Assembly: GCA_029051085.1 (NCBI GenBank) | Contig: JAIDLK010000012.1 | Coordinates: forward strand, 1-36,232 | Reading direction: 5' to 3' | DNA from: Alphaproteobacteria bacterium | GTDB lineage: Bacteria; Pseudomonadota; Alphaproteobacteria; Rs-D84 | DNA length: 36,232 nucleotides | Part shown: piece after piece, positions 15,887 through 24,058 of the stretch | Position numbering within the stretch: the stretch's first letter is position 1 | How the letters are laid out: each line of letters opens with the position of its first letter | Notes under the pieces: model-generated | Database searches by the model: none | The model's input: only the letters and a program-made list of their open reading frames with translations | What the model was told of the DNA's origin: nothing | Translations under genes and position numbers: made by a program

Positions 15887-18800
15887 TCAGGCTTTTTGCA
15901 CGGATACGGAAAAGGCGTAGCCTTCTATCTCCGTATCATATTCTCCGCCATGGGCGGCAATCATTTCTTTTATCAGCGCATCCCGCATGATGCGTTTTTT
16001 ATGCGCATCCATGGCCATGGCCAATGCAGGGTCCGCAGAATAAGTCAATATTATGCGGTCTGAGACATCAAGACCCGCCGCCTTGCGCGTATCCTGAATA
16101 AAGCGCAAGGCATCGTTTGCCAGTCCCTCGGCCACCAATTCCGAATTTATTTCCGTATCCAGTACAACCACGGCCGTATTATCAGGCAATGCCGCACCGG
16201 TCACGCCCGGCTTTACGGTTAAACGGCTTTCAAATTCGTCCGAATTCAATGTATGACCCGCAACAATCAGCGTATCTCCGGACACTTCATATTCGCCTTT
16301 CTTTACCGCCGGGATGATTTCCTTTAACGCACCACCCAAGCGCGCACCGATACGCGGGGTAATCAAATACACGAACTTGTCCGCAACACCGTCGACAGTG
16401 TCGGCAAAATCAACGGACTTAACATTCAGCTCTTCTTTGATAATGTCGCTGTATGCGCCCAAATCAGCACCGGCCACGGTTAATTTATTCAACGGCAGAC
16501 GATTGCGCAGATGATAATTTTCACGCAGCTGTTTACCCGCCGATACAACCATTTGCACACGACGCATATCACGAACGATATCGCCATCAACAACACCCGG
16601 TGTCGGGAAGTCGGTCATATGGACAGATTCACCACCCGTTAAATTCTTGTAAATATACTCTGATACGAACGGGGCAAACGGCGCCATTGCACGCGTAAGC
16701 GTTGTCAGAACGGAATACAGGGTGTCAAAGGCGGCCTGTTCTTCATCCCAGAAACGTGAACGAGACCGACGGATATACCAGTTATTCAATATGTCCAGGA
16801 ATCTAACAAATTCTTTTATGGCCATATCCGGCTTATATTCCGCCAAAGACTTGTCTGTTATCTGAATTAACTCGTTCAATTCCGCAATGATATACTTATC
16901 CAGCGCATTGTCCGAGGCATTTGACGTTGCAACTATTCCGCCCGCATTCGCATACAGCGTAAAGAAATGATATGCATTCCACAGCGGTGTTAGAATTGTT
17001 TTGGCGGTTTCTGTAAATACCTTTCCTTCTTTGTCTACGGGGACGGGCTCGGCCTTCATGAAATTTGACCCCAATATGAACAGGCGAATGCTATCCGCGC
17101 CGAACTGTTCTATCTGGGCCTCGGGATTAACAAAATTTTGCAGCGATTTGGAAAACTTTTTCTTGTTTTCATCAACAACCATTCCATTTGCCGAGACCGT
17201 ACGGAAAGCCGGACTGTCCCACATGGCGGTTGCCAAAACCATCAATGCATAGAACCAACCGCGTGTCTGGTCCTGGCCTTCGATAATGTAATCGGCCGGG
17301 AATGTCGCGCTGAACTTATCCTTGTTTTCAAAAGGATAATGCAACGAGGCCCACGGCATGGAGCCGGATTCAACCCAGCAATCCAAAACATCCGGAATAC
17401 GATGCCAGCCGTCTTTTGTTAAGGCATCCAGCGTCGGGCGATGCAAATCCGCAACCTGTACGCCAAAGAACTCCTCCAGCTCTGCAATAGAGCCAAAAAC
17501 CTTGTATTCGCCGTCACGCTCCCAAATCGGCAGCGGCGTTCCCCAGAAGCGATTACGGGATATAGACCAGGGACGCGCGTTCTCAATCCAGCTGCGGAAA
17601 CGCTCGCCGGCAGAGGTCCAGTTTACCTTTTTATTATTCTCAATCAATTTTTCACGGATTTTCGGAACGTCAATATACCATGAATCCGTCGCACGATAGA
17701 TAAGCTTTTCCTTGGAGCGATCGCCATACGGATAGCTGTGCTTATATTGTTCTTTCTTAACCACATGACCGCGGGATTTCAGCAAATCCATAACCTTTGG
17801 ATTTGCGGCAAAAATATTTTCGCCTGCAAAATCACGGACAGTCTCATCAAAATTACCATAGTTATCAACATTTAACAGCACCGGAAACTTTGGGTCAATG
17901 GCCTTGGCCGCCCAGAAGTCATCCGCACCAAATGCCGGCGCGATATGAACAATGCCGGTACCGTCACTGTCGGAGACATATTCGGCCGGAATTACCTGAT
18001 ACAGCAACGGCGATGCATCGGTATAATAATCAAACAGCGGCGTATATTTCATTCCAACCAAGTCACGCCCTGTAACTTCACCAATCTGTTCGGCATTTGC
18101 CAACTGCTTTTCATATGCTTTCAGGCGGCTTTGGGCAATTACGTAGACATGACCGTCCGCATCACGCATGCGAACATATTTCATATCAGGATTTACTGCC
18201 AACGCACTGTTCGCCGGCAATGTCCACGGCGTTGTTGTCCACGCCATAACCCGGTCGCCGTTTTCCAACTCAAACCATACCGTCAGCGCATCATCAACAA
18301 CATCACGATAATCCTGGGACGCCTCGGAATTAGACACAACCGTACCATTTACCCAGTCAAACGGGTTTACACTGTAATCCTTGTAAAGCAGCCCTTTGTC
18401 ATACAACGATTTCAGCGTCCAAAGCATGGATTCCATATAGTTTTTATCCATGGTTTTATAACCGTATCCGTCACCTACATCCACCCATCGACCAATACGG
18501 GCAATAAACTTTTCCCATTCGGTTGTATATGTCATAACATCGCTGCGGCACATGTCACAGAATGCGGCGATACCGTCCGTGGCAACAATTTCACGTGCGG
18601 TACGCTTTTGCTTTTTTTCGACCGAATTTTCCGCCGGCAGACCATGGCAATCCCATCCCAGCTCGCGCCGTACAAATCGTCCCTTCATTGTCTGATAACG
18701 ACATACCATGTCTTTTACCGCCGAGACCCCCAAATGCCCCCAGTGCGGCAAACCGTTTCCAAACGGCGGGCCGTCAAAGAAAGAGAAGGGATGGCCCTGT

Positions 18801-18910
18801 TTGGTCTTTTCCAATGTCTTGTGGAATGTGTTATCAGCCTGCCAGAAAGCAAGTATTTCCTGTTCCAGCTTTGGGAAATCAGCACGCGGATCTGTTTTTT
18901 GATATGCCAT
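15887..18910 (-). CDS. ileS: Isoleucine-tRNA ligase, type 2 (eukaryote/actinobacterial-like form)
   Basis: FFDGPPFGNGLPHWGHL (HIGH region in type-2 context), WDCHGLP, KKFSKS (KMSKS). 1007 aa, with none of the N-terminal features of type-1 IleRS. Confidence 0.9.
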   Translation of the reverse strand: MAYQKTDPRADFPKLEQEILAFWQADNTFHKTLEKTKQGHPFSFFDGPPFGNGLPHWGHLGVSAVKDMVCRYQTMKGRFVRRELGWDCHGLPAENSVEKKQKRTAREIVATDGIAAFCDMCRSDVMTYTTEWEKFIARIGRWVDVGDGYGYKTMDKNYMESMLWTLKSLYDKGLLYKDYSVNPFDWVNGTVVSNSEASQDYRDVVDDALTVWFELENGDRVMAWTTTPWTLPANSALAVNPDMKYVRMRDADGHVYVIAQSRLKAYEKQLANAEQIGEVTGRDLVGMKYTPLFDYYTDASPLLYQVIPAEYVSDSDGTGIVHIAPAFGADDFWAAKAIDPKFPVLLNVDNYGNFDETVRDFAGENIFAANPKVMDLLKSRGHVVKKEQYKHSYPYGDRSKEKLIYRATDSWYIDVPKIREKLIENNKKVNWTSAGERFRSWIENARPWSISRNRFWGTPLPIWERDGEYKVFGSIAELEEFFGVQVADLHRPTLDALTKDGWHRIPDVLDCWVESGSMPWASLHYPFENKDKFSATFPADYIIEGQDQTRGWFYALMVLATAMWDSPAFRTVSANGMVVDENKKKFSKSLQNFVNPEAQIEQFGADSIRLFILGSNFMKAEPVPVDKEGKVFTETAKTILTPLWNAYHFFTLYANAGGIVATSNASDNALDKYIIAELNELIQITDKSLAEYKPDMAIKEFVRFLDILNNWYIRRSRSRFWDEEQAAFDTLYSVLTTLTRAMAPFAPFVSEYIYKNLTGGESVHMTDFPTPGVVDGDIVRDMRRVQMVVSAGKQLRENYHLRNRLPLNKLTVAGADLGAYSDIIKEELNVKSVDFADTVDGVADKFVYLITPRIGARLGGALKEIIPAVKKGEYEVSGDTLIVAGHTLNSDEFESRLTVKPGVTGAALPDNTAVVVLDTEINSELVAEGLANDALRFIQDTRKAAGLDVSDRIILTYSADPALAMAMDAHKKRIMRDALIKEMIAAHGGEYDTEIEGYAFSVSVQKA

Positions 18911-18931
18911 GAACGTCGCCTTTTAGTAAAT

Positions 18932-18958
18932 AAAAAACGACGAAGCCGTCGTTTTTTT
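18932..18958 (-). terminator. Intrinsic terminator-like hairpin between tRNA-Thr and the ileS start
   Basis: ACGACG-aagc-CGTCGT with an A-run and T-run on both sides. On the minus strand it is followed by TTTTTTATTT, about 20 nt before the ileS ATG. Confidence 0.7.
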
Positions 18959-18966
18959 CGTAAGTC

Positions 18967-19042
18967 TGGTGCCGGTGATAGGACTTGAACCTACGACCCC
19001 CTCATTACGAATGAGATGCTCTACCAGCTGAGCTACACCGGC
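18967..19042 (-). tRNA. tRNA-Thr (anticodon CGU)
   Basis: The reverse complement folds as a cloverleaf: acceptor GCCGGTG/CACCGGC, D-arm GCTC..GAGC, anticodon stem TCTCA/TGAGG with loop TTCGTAA, T-arm GTAGG-TTCAAGT-CCTAT, encoded CCA. 76 nt. Confidence 0.93.
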
Positions 19043-19151
19043 AATGCGCCCATAATAATATATGTTTTCGCAAATTTCCAGCATAAAATTTATACGAATT
19101 AGGATTTGTATCGCCTGTTTTTCCGCAATGGCGTCTGATAATCTGTCCAGC

Positions 19152-19808
19152 ATGAATGCGATATTGCTATATTATATTCTAATAACAACAAAGCTGATTA
19201 TGGCTATCGCAGTGGCGGTTTTATATCTGCGCTTTTTCAATGCAGGCGCAGGATTAAAACAGATGACGCCGCTGGATATAATTGTAAACTTTCTATTAAG
19301 TGCAATTTTATCCGACTTTATTTTAGACAGACATATCGGAATACTGGATTTTGTTGTTGTGGTGGTGATTTACGGAATACTGCTGTATACACTGAATAAA
19401 ATAACATTTAACACCAATTTGGGGCGACGTATTTTCATAGGAACACCGCGTATTATTATCCAAGGCGGTGAAATTGATGCCGAAATGATGGAACGCATGA
19501 AAATATCGGCACATGATTTGGCATTGGCCCTGCGGCGACAACAGGTAAAATCCATCAAAGACGTTGAAATGGCCCAAATAGAGCCGAATGGTGATTTAAC
19601 AATTGTAAAAAAGGGTGCAAAAAAGTACTCCGTTATCGTAATAGACAACGGTGATATTGATGACATGGCGTTGGCAAAAATTCACCGCAGCGAAGCATGG
19701 CTGCGGCGCGAACTGAAGAAAAAGAAAATCAAGGACATTGATGAAATCCTTATCGCCCAGTGGCATAACGACAGACTGCAAATAGTAAAAAAGAAGGATG
19801 CGGTTTAG
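19152..19808 (+). CDS. DUF421/YetF-like membrane protein
   Basis: N-terminal TM helices plus a C-terminal soluble domain with a YetF-like signature ([35 protein letters not shown]). Start chosen at the Met at 19152, because the track start at 19062 runs into the tRNA promoter region. Confidence 0.65.
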   Translation: MNAILLYYILITTKLIMAIAVAVLYLRFFNAGAGLKQMTPLDIIVNFLLSAILSDFILDRHIGILDFVVVVVIYGILLYTLNKITFNTNLGRRIFIGTPRIIIQGGEIDAEMMERMKISAHDLALALRRQQVKSIKDVEMAQIEPNGDLTIVKKGAKKYSVIVIDNGDIDDMALAKIHRSEAWLRRELKKKKIKDIDEILIAQWHNDRLQIVKKKDAV

Positions 19809-21448
19809 CCACGGATTTTACGCAAAACAACCATTATACCGGCCGGTGTCATTCCCGGAATACGTGATAATGCGGCAATATTTTCCGGGCGGGCCGCGGT
19901 TAACTTTTCTATCAGCTCGTTTGTAAGACCGGGCATGTTTTTATATTCAAAGCCACGTGGGATTTTTAAGTTCATATCACGGCGATAGCTTTCCATTTCC
20001 CGCATGGCACGGGCGATATAGCCGGCATAAAATTTATCATTTTCGGCGGCCGCCGGTGCACGATAGTCTGTTTTTTCACGCAATTGCGCGGGTGTTATCA
20101 ATCCCAAATCAACACCCATTTCACCCAATCGGATAACGGCATTGTCTGCGCGCAGATGCAATCGATATTCCGCACGGGATGAAAACATTCTATACGGCTC
20201 ATCCACACCCAGCGTTGTTATATCGTCAATTAAGACACCTATCATCGCATTTGTGCGATTTAGTTCCAACGGCGCCAACCCCAGCGCCCGTGCGGCGGCA
20301 TTGCTGCCGGCAACGATACCCTGGGCCGCAGCTTCTTCGTAGCCGGATGTACCGTTTATCTGGCCGGCAAAAAACAGCCCGGGAATATCTTTTGCCTCAA
20401 GAGTATGGGTTAATTTACGCGCATCAATCGCATCATATTCAATTGCGTAGCCGTATCGCGCAATCCGGGCATTTTCAAGGCCGGGAATCGTGCGAATCCA
20501 CATGTCCTGAATATCGGAACCAAAGCTGGTGGAAATTCCATTGGGATAAATCAAATCGCTGTTTAATCCTTCGGGTTCCAAGAAAACATGGTGCGAGGCA
20601 TGGTTTTCAAAACGCATGACCTTGTCTTCCAATGATGGACAATAGCGCGGACCGGTACCTTCGATATCGCCGTTGTACATCGGGGCATTTTTTATATTCC
20701 GGCGGATAACATCATGGGTTTGCGCCGTTGTATGCGTGATAAAGCATACCGCATCATAATTATTTTCAGCATTCGGCGCAGAAAACCATTCATGCGGGTT
20801 ATCTGCCGGCTGGCGCTCGCATACGGAAAAATCAATACTGTCGCGATATATGCGGGCGGGCGTCCCCGTTTTTAAACGCATCAACTCAAACCCGGCCGCG
20901 GCCAGTACACCCGATATATTCGTATCGGGCGCCTGGTACCGACCATCGTCCATAAGACGTCCCGACGGAATCTTTTCCGTACCGCGCGTGACCAGACCGC
21001 GCAAAAAAGTTCCGGTTGTTATTACAATTGATTTGGCGGTGTATCTGTTATTAACGGTTTTGTTTTCTATATCCAGTGCGTCAACCGTTTCATAAGAAAT
21101 TGTCAAATTTGGTGTATTAGCCAGAATTTGCATAACGGCCGCATGATACAAATCACGGTCAATCTGGGCACGCAGGGCGCGTGTGGCCGCACCGTGCGTT
21201 GCGTTCAATGTGCGAAAATGAATACCCGCCGCATCGGCCGCCCGGCCCATTACACCGCCCAGCGCATCAATTTCTGCGACCATTTGTGATTTTCCGGGGC
21301 CGCCGATTGACGGATTGCACGACATGGCACCGATATCCGATTCCAGCATGGTAATCAGCAATGTTTTTGCACCACGGCGTGCAGAGCTGGCCGCGGCCTC
21401 TACCCCGGCGTGACCACCGCCAATAACGATTACGTCAAATTCCGTCAT
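19805..21448 (-). CDS. mnmG: tRNA uridine 5-carboxymethylaminomethyl modification enzyme MnmG (GidA), short 547-aa form
   Basis: FAD-binding N-terminus ([16 protein letters not shown]), [43 protein letters not shown]-terminal GMTPAGI. Confidence 0.93.
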   Translation of the reverse strand: MTEFDVIVIGGGHAGVEAAASSARRGAKTLLITMLESDIGAMSCNPSIGGPGKSQMVAEIDALGGVMGRAADAAGIHFRTLNATHGAATRALRAQIDRDLYHAAVMQILANTPNLTISYETVDALDIENKTVNNRYTAKSIVITTGTFLRGLVTRGTEKIPSGRLMDDGRYQAPDTNISGVLAAAGFELMRLKTGTPARIYRDSIDFSVCERQPADNPHEWFSAPNAENNYDAVCFITHTTAQTHDVIRRNIKNAPMYNGDIEGTGPRYCPSLEDKVMRFENHASHHVFLEPEGLNSDLIYPNGISTSFGSDIQDMWIRTIPGLENARIARYGYAIEYDAIDARKLTHTLEAKDIPGLFFAGQINGTSGYEEAAAQGIVAGSNAAARALGLAPLELNRTNAMIGVLIDDITTLGVDEPYRMFSSRAEYRLHLRADNAVIRLGEMGVDLGLITPAQLREKTDYRAPAAAENDKFYAGYIARAMREMESYRRDMNLKIPRGFEYKNMPGLTNELIEKLTAARPENIAALSRIPGMTPAGIMVVLRKIRG

Positions 21449-21451
21449 TTA

Positions 21452-22180
21452 TTAGAAACGCCCCATACCGCCGTTGACATTGATTGTCTGGCCGTTGACA
21501 TAGCCGGCTTCGGTGCTTGCCAAAAAGACACATGCGGCGGCAATATCGTCCGGTTCTCCGAAACGAGCGGCCGGAATTTGCGCCAGATACGCTTTTTTCA
21601 AATCATCGGACAAAACATCTGTCATTGGTGTTTTGATAAAGCCCGGTGCAATGCAGTTTGCGGTAATGCCGCGTGATGCAACCTCGGCCGCGATGGATTT
21701 TGTCATGGCAATCATACCACCCTTGGATGCGGCATAGTTCGCCTGGCCCGGACCGCCGATAACACCGATGATAGAGGCCATGTTAATAATACGACCGTAA
21801 CGATTCTTCATCATCGGCATTATACAGGCACGACAAATCTTAAATGTGGAACGCAGATTGGTGTTGATAACATCATCAAACTGCTCGTCCGTCATGCGCA
21901 TTAACAAAGTGTCTTTGGTAATACCGGCGTTGTTTACAACGATATCGATTTTACCTGCGGCCTCTATAGTATTCATAACCAATTCAACCGCCGCACCGTC
22001 GGATGCCAGGTCACACGGAATCTTGATAAAATCATCACCGAATTCCGCGTTTAATTTTGCAATATTACGCCCGCTTACGACAACTGTTGCGCCGGCCTCT
22101 TTCATCTTTTTCGCAATCGCACCGCCAATACCGCCGGTTGCACCCGTAATCAGCGCAACGCGCCCTGTTAAATCAAACAT
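21452..22180 (-). CDS. fabG: 3-oxoacyl-ACP reductase FabG
   Basis: SDR motifs TGATGGIG, NNAG and YAASKGG, directly downstream of fabD. Confidence 0.9.
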   Translation of the reverse strand: MFDLTGRVALITGATGGIGGAIAKKMKEAGATVVVSGRNIAKLNAEFGDDFIKIPCDLASDGAAVELVMNTIEAAGKIDIVVNNAGITKDTLLMRMTDEQFDDVINTNLRSTFKICRACIMPMMKNRYGRIINMASIIGVIGGPGQANYAASKGGMIAMTKSIAAEVASRGITANCIAPGFIKTPMTDVLSDDLKKAYLAQIPAARFGEPDDIAAACVFLASTEAGYVNGQTINVNGGMGRF

Positions 22181-22182
22181 TT

Positions 22183-23058
22183 TTATATCTCCAATTTTTT
22201 AGCTGTTATTTCACTGCAGATTCTGCCGCACAGGCCTGTTAAAACATTGCCCGGCCCGCATTCAACCATTTCGGTTATAGCCAAATCATGCATTTTTAAA
22301 ACACTTTCACGCCAACGCACCCCATGCGTCATTTGGTAAACCAGCGCCTCTTTTATCTCGGTCGGGTCCATCATAACGTCGGCTGTTTTATTTGCGATAA
22401 ATTTCGACGACGGCGTCTTTATTTCAACGTTTTCCAAAGCGGTGCGCATTGCGACGGCGGCGCTTTCCTGCATACGGCAATGAACCGGCACCGACAGCGC
22501 AAGCGGCATCGCACGACGGGCGCCCGCATCCTTGGCGGCGGCCATTGTACGTTCAACAATGTCTTTTGCGCCGGAAATCACAACCTGGCCCGGACAGTTG
22601 TCATTCGCCACATCGCAATCGTTGGCGGCGCAGATTTCACGCACCGCATCAATATCCAGACCGATAATAACCGCGGTCAGACCCGCACCGACGGGGGCCG
22701 CGCTTTGCATTGCGTCACCGCGTGCACGCAACAGACGCGCCGCATCACCCACCGACAATGCACCGGCCGCGCACAGAGCGGTATATTCACCCAAAGAATG
22801 CCCTGCAACATATTCCGGCAATTCGACACCCGACGCACGCAGCATCGCAATGGATGTCGCCATAATCGCAGGCTGTACATTGCGCGTTAATGTTAAATCG
22901 TCCGCCGGACCGTTAAAGATAATATCCGTTAACTTTTCACCAAGCGCGGCGTCAACCTCATCAAACACGGCACGCGCGGCGGCATTGCTTTCATATAATT
23001 CACGCCCCATGCCGACAGATTGGCTGCCCTGGCCGGGGAATACAAAAACAGATGACAT
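22183..23058 (-). CDS. fabD: Malonyl-CoA-ACP transacylase FabD
   Basis: FVFPGQGSQSVGMG, GHSLGEY nucleophile elbow, GAAGGAGGA SD. Confidence 0.92.
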   Translation of the reverse strand: MSSVFVFPGQGSQSVGMGRELYESNAAARAVFDEVDAALGEKLTDIIFNGPADDLTLTRNVQPAIMATSIAMLRASGVELPEYVAGHSLGEYTALCAAGALSVGDAARLLRARGDAMQSAAPVGAGLTAVIIGLDIDAVREICAANDCDVANDNCPGQVVISGAKDIVERTMAAAKDAGARRAMPLALSVPVHCRMQESAAVAMRTALENVEIKTPSSKFIANKTADVMMDPTEIKEALVYQMTHGVRWRESVLKMHDLAITEMVECGPGNVLTGLCGRICSEITAKKLEI

Positions 23059-23107
23059 ACGTCCTCCTTCAAATATTGAATCACGCGTGAATTATAGACA
23101 TAAAAAT

Positions 23108-23136
23108 TTGCAAACGCAAAAAGAATTAGATATAAT
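23108..23136 (+). promoter_or_regulatory. Near-consensus sigma70 promoter TTGCAA-N17-TATAAT
   Basis: -35 at 23108-23113, -10 at 23131-23136, with an exact 17-nt spacer. Drives the structured leader and the 23341 ORF. Confidence 0.7.
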
Positions 23137-23313
23137 CAAGGTGCCGGCGGGTATTCTGCGGGCGGGGTGTAAGAGCCCCATAACTGCCTGTTTCCGATGA
23201 AACAGAAAAACTCCAACCAATGGCTGGAGGGTCGCGAATATATTGAATAAGCGCACTATAGCAGTTTATAGCTCTTAACCTCCAGCCATCTGAATTTTAT
23301 TCCGATGGTTTTT
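23137..23313 (+). ncRNA. Structured 5' leader, copy B, of the same conserved unclassified cis-regulatory RNA element
   Basis: 5' hairpin GCCGGC..GCGGGC (23143-23163); a 4-bp/8-nt-loop hairpin GGGG-tgtaagag-CCCC (23164-23179); hairpin CTGTTTC-cgat-GAAACAG; H1 CTCCAACC-aat-GGCTGGAG (23211-23229); 26-nt core 23227-23252; 5-bp hairpin CTATA-gcagtt-TATAG; GCTCTTA (23271-23277) complementary to the 8-nt loop; CCTCCAGCCAT (23279-23289) complementary to 23220-23230; terminator-like CCATC..GATGG plus T5 (23286-23313). Confidence 0.6.
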
Positions 23314-23340
23314 ATTTATTAAAATCACGGGGGAATTCAG

Positions 23341-23544
23341 ATGTTGACCGGAAGGCACATAGAGGCCGCCAGAATCCATGCCGGCATACCGATATTTATC
23401 ATATGCAATGCAATGAATATAGAAACCGAAGCTGAATATCACTCCATTGTTGATAAAAACAAAAAGCCAAGCGTATACCAGCAGATAATGATATATACAT
23501 TATTTGAAGAACGTCGCAAATCAATGCCTATACTTTGCGTATAG
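23341..23544 (+). CDS. Small XRE-like helix-turn-helix protein (67 aa), tentative
   Basis: GGGGGA SD 6 nt before the ATG. The N-terminus MLTGRHIEAARIHAGI.... resembles the MLTG.QIRAARALLG start of many small alphaproteobacterial XRE/HTH proteins. The 3' end overlaps the convergent queH by 17 nt. Confidence 0.4.
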   Translation: MLTGRHIEAARIHAGIPIFIICNAMNIETEAEYHSIVDKNKKPSVYQQIMIYTLFEERRKSMPILCV

Positions 23545-24058
23545 AAAATTCGCAGCCACAGTAATTCTGGCGATAAAAATCAGAGGTGCGGCCGATGCTC
23601 TGGCGCAGCCCTTCGTCCCACTTTATCGGCATATAGCATATGTCGCCACATTTTACGGTCGCGGCCGCGTCAACCTGGGCCTGGTCTTTGTGGCGTGATA
23701 CGCCAAGAACACTGGCAATCGCATCATATCCGTTTTCGCGCGCAAATCGGGCCGCGCGGGCAAAGCGAAACTCAAAGCATGCCGTGCAACGCGCGCCGCG
23801 TTCGGGCGACGCCTCAAGCCCCGAGACCGCCGCACGCCATGCGGCATGGTCATATTCCAATTCCGCGTGCCGTACGCCCAGGCTTTCGCAATATCTAATT
23901 TGTTCCGCCATACGCTTTTGATATTCGGTTTCAGGGAAAATGTTGGGATTGAAAAACAGCACGATAAAATCATCAACATCCGGGATTTGACCGTCCGCCA
24001 ATTGTTTTATCGCGCCCGCACTGCACGGCGCACAACAAGATACCAAGACCAGTTTCAT
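23528..24058 (-). CDS. queH: Epoxyqueuosine reductase QueH (DUF208)
   Basis: N-terminal SCCAPCS motif and C-terminal YCGCEFS motif typical of QueH, 176 aa. Confidence 0.85.
   Translation of the reverse strand: MKLVLVSCCAPCSAGAIKQLADGQIPDVDDFIVLFFNPNIFPETEYQKRMAEQIRYCESLGVRHAELEYDHAAWRAAVSGLEASPERGARCTACFEFRFARAARFARENGYDAIASVLGVSRHKDQAQVDAAATVKCGDICYMPIKWDEGLRQSIGRTSDFYRQNYCGCEFSIRKV

Noticed and set aside
18923-19153. 76-aa ORF on the minus strand.
   Set aside because: It reads through tRNA-Thr (the typical ...AQLVEHL.RNEGV.GS.P translation artifact) and its terminator, so it is not a protein gene.
23137-23313. Possibility that the structured intergenic RNAs are known housekeeping RNAs or riboswitches: SRP/4.5S, two-piece tmRNA, 6S, RNase P, cobalamin, TPP, SAM-II, ZTP, fluoride or Moco.
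   Set aside because: I found none of the diagnostic conserved strings I can recall for these families (for example the SRP GGAA/AGCA loop region, a tmRNA tag ORF and T-arm, the RNase P GAGGAAAGUCC, the B12 box GCCACUG, or TPP CUGAGA...ACCUGA). Two copies sitting in 5' leaders also argue against a housekeeping RNA. An Rfam scan is still needed.
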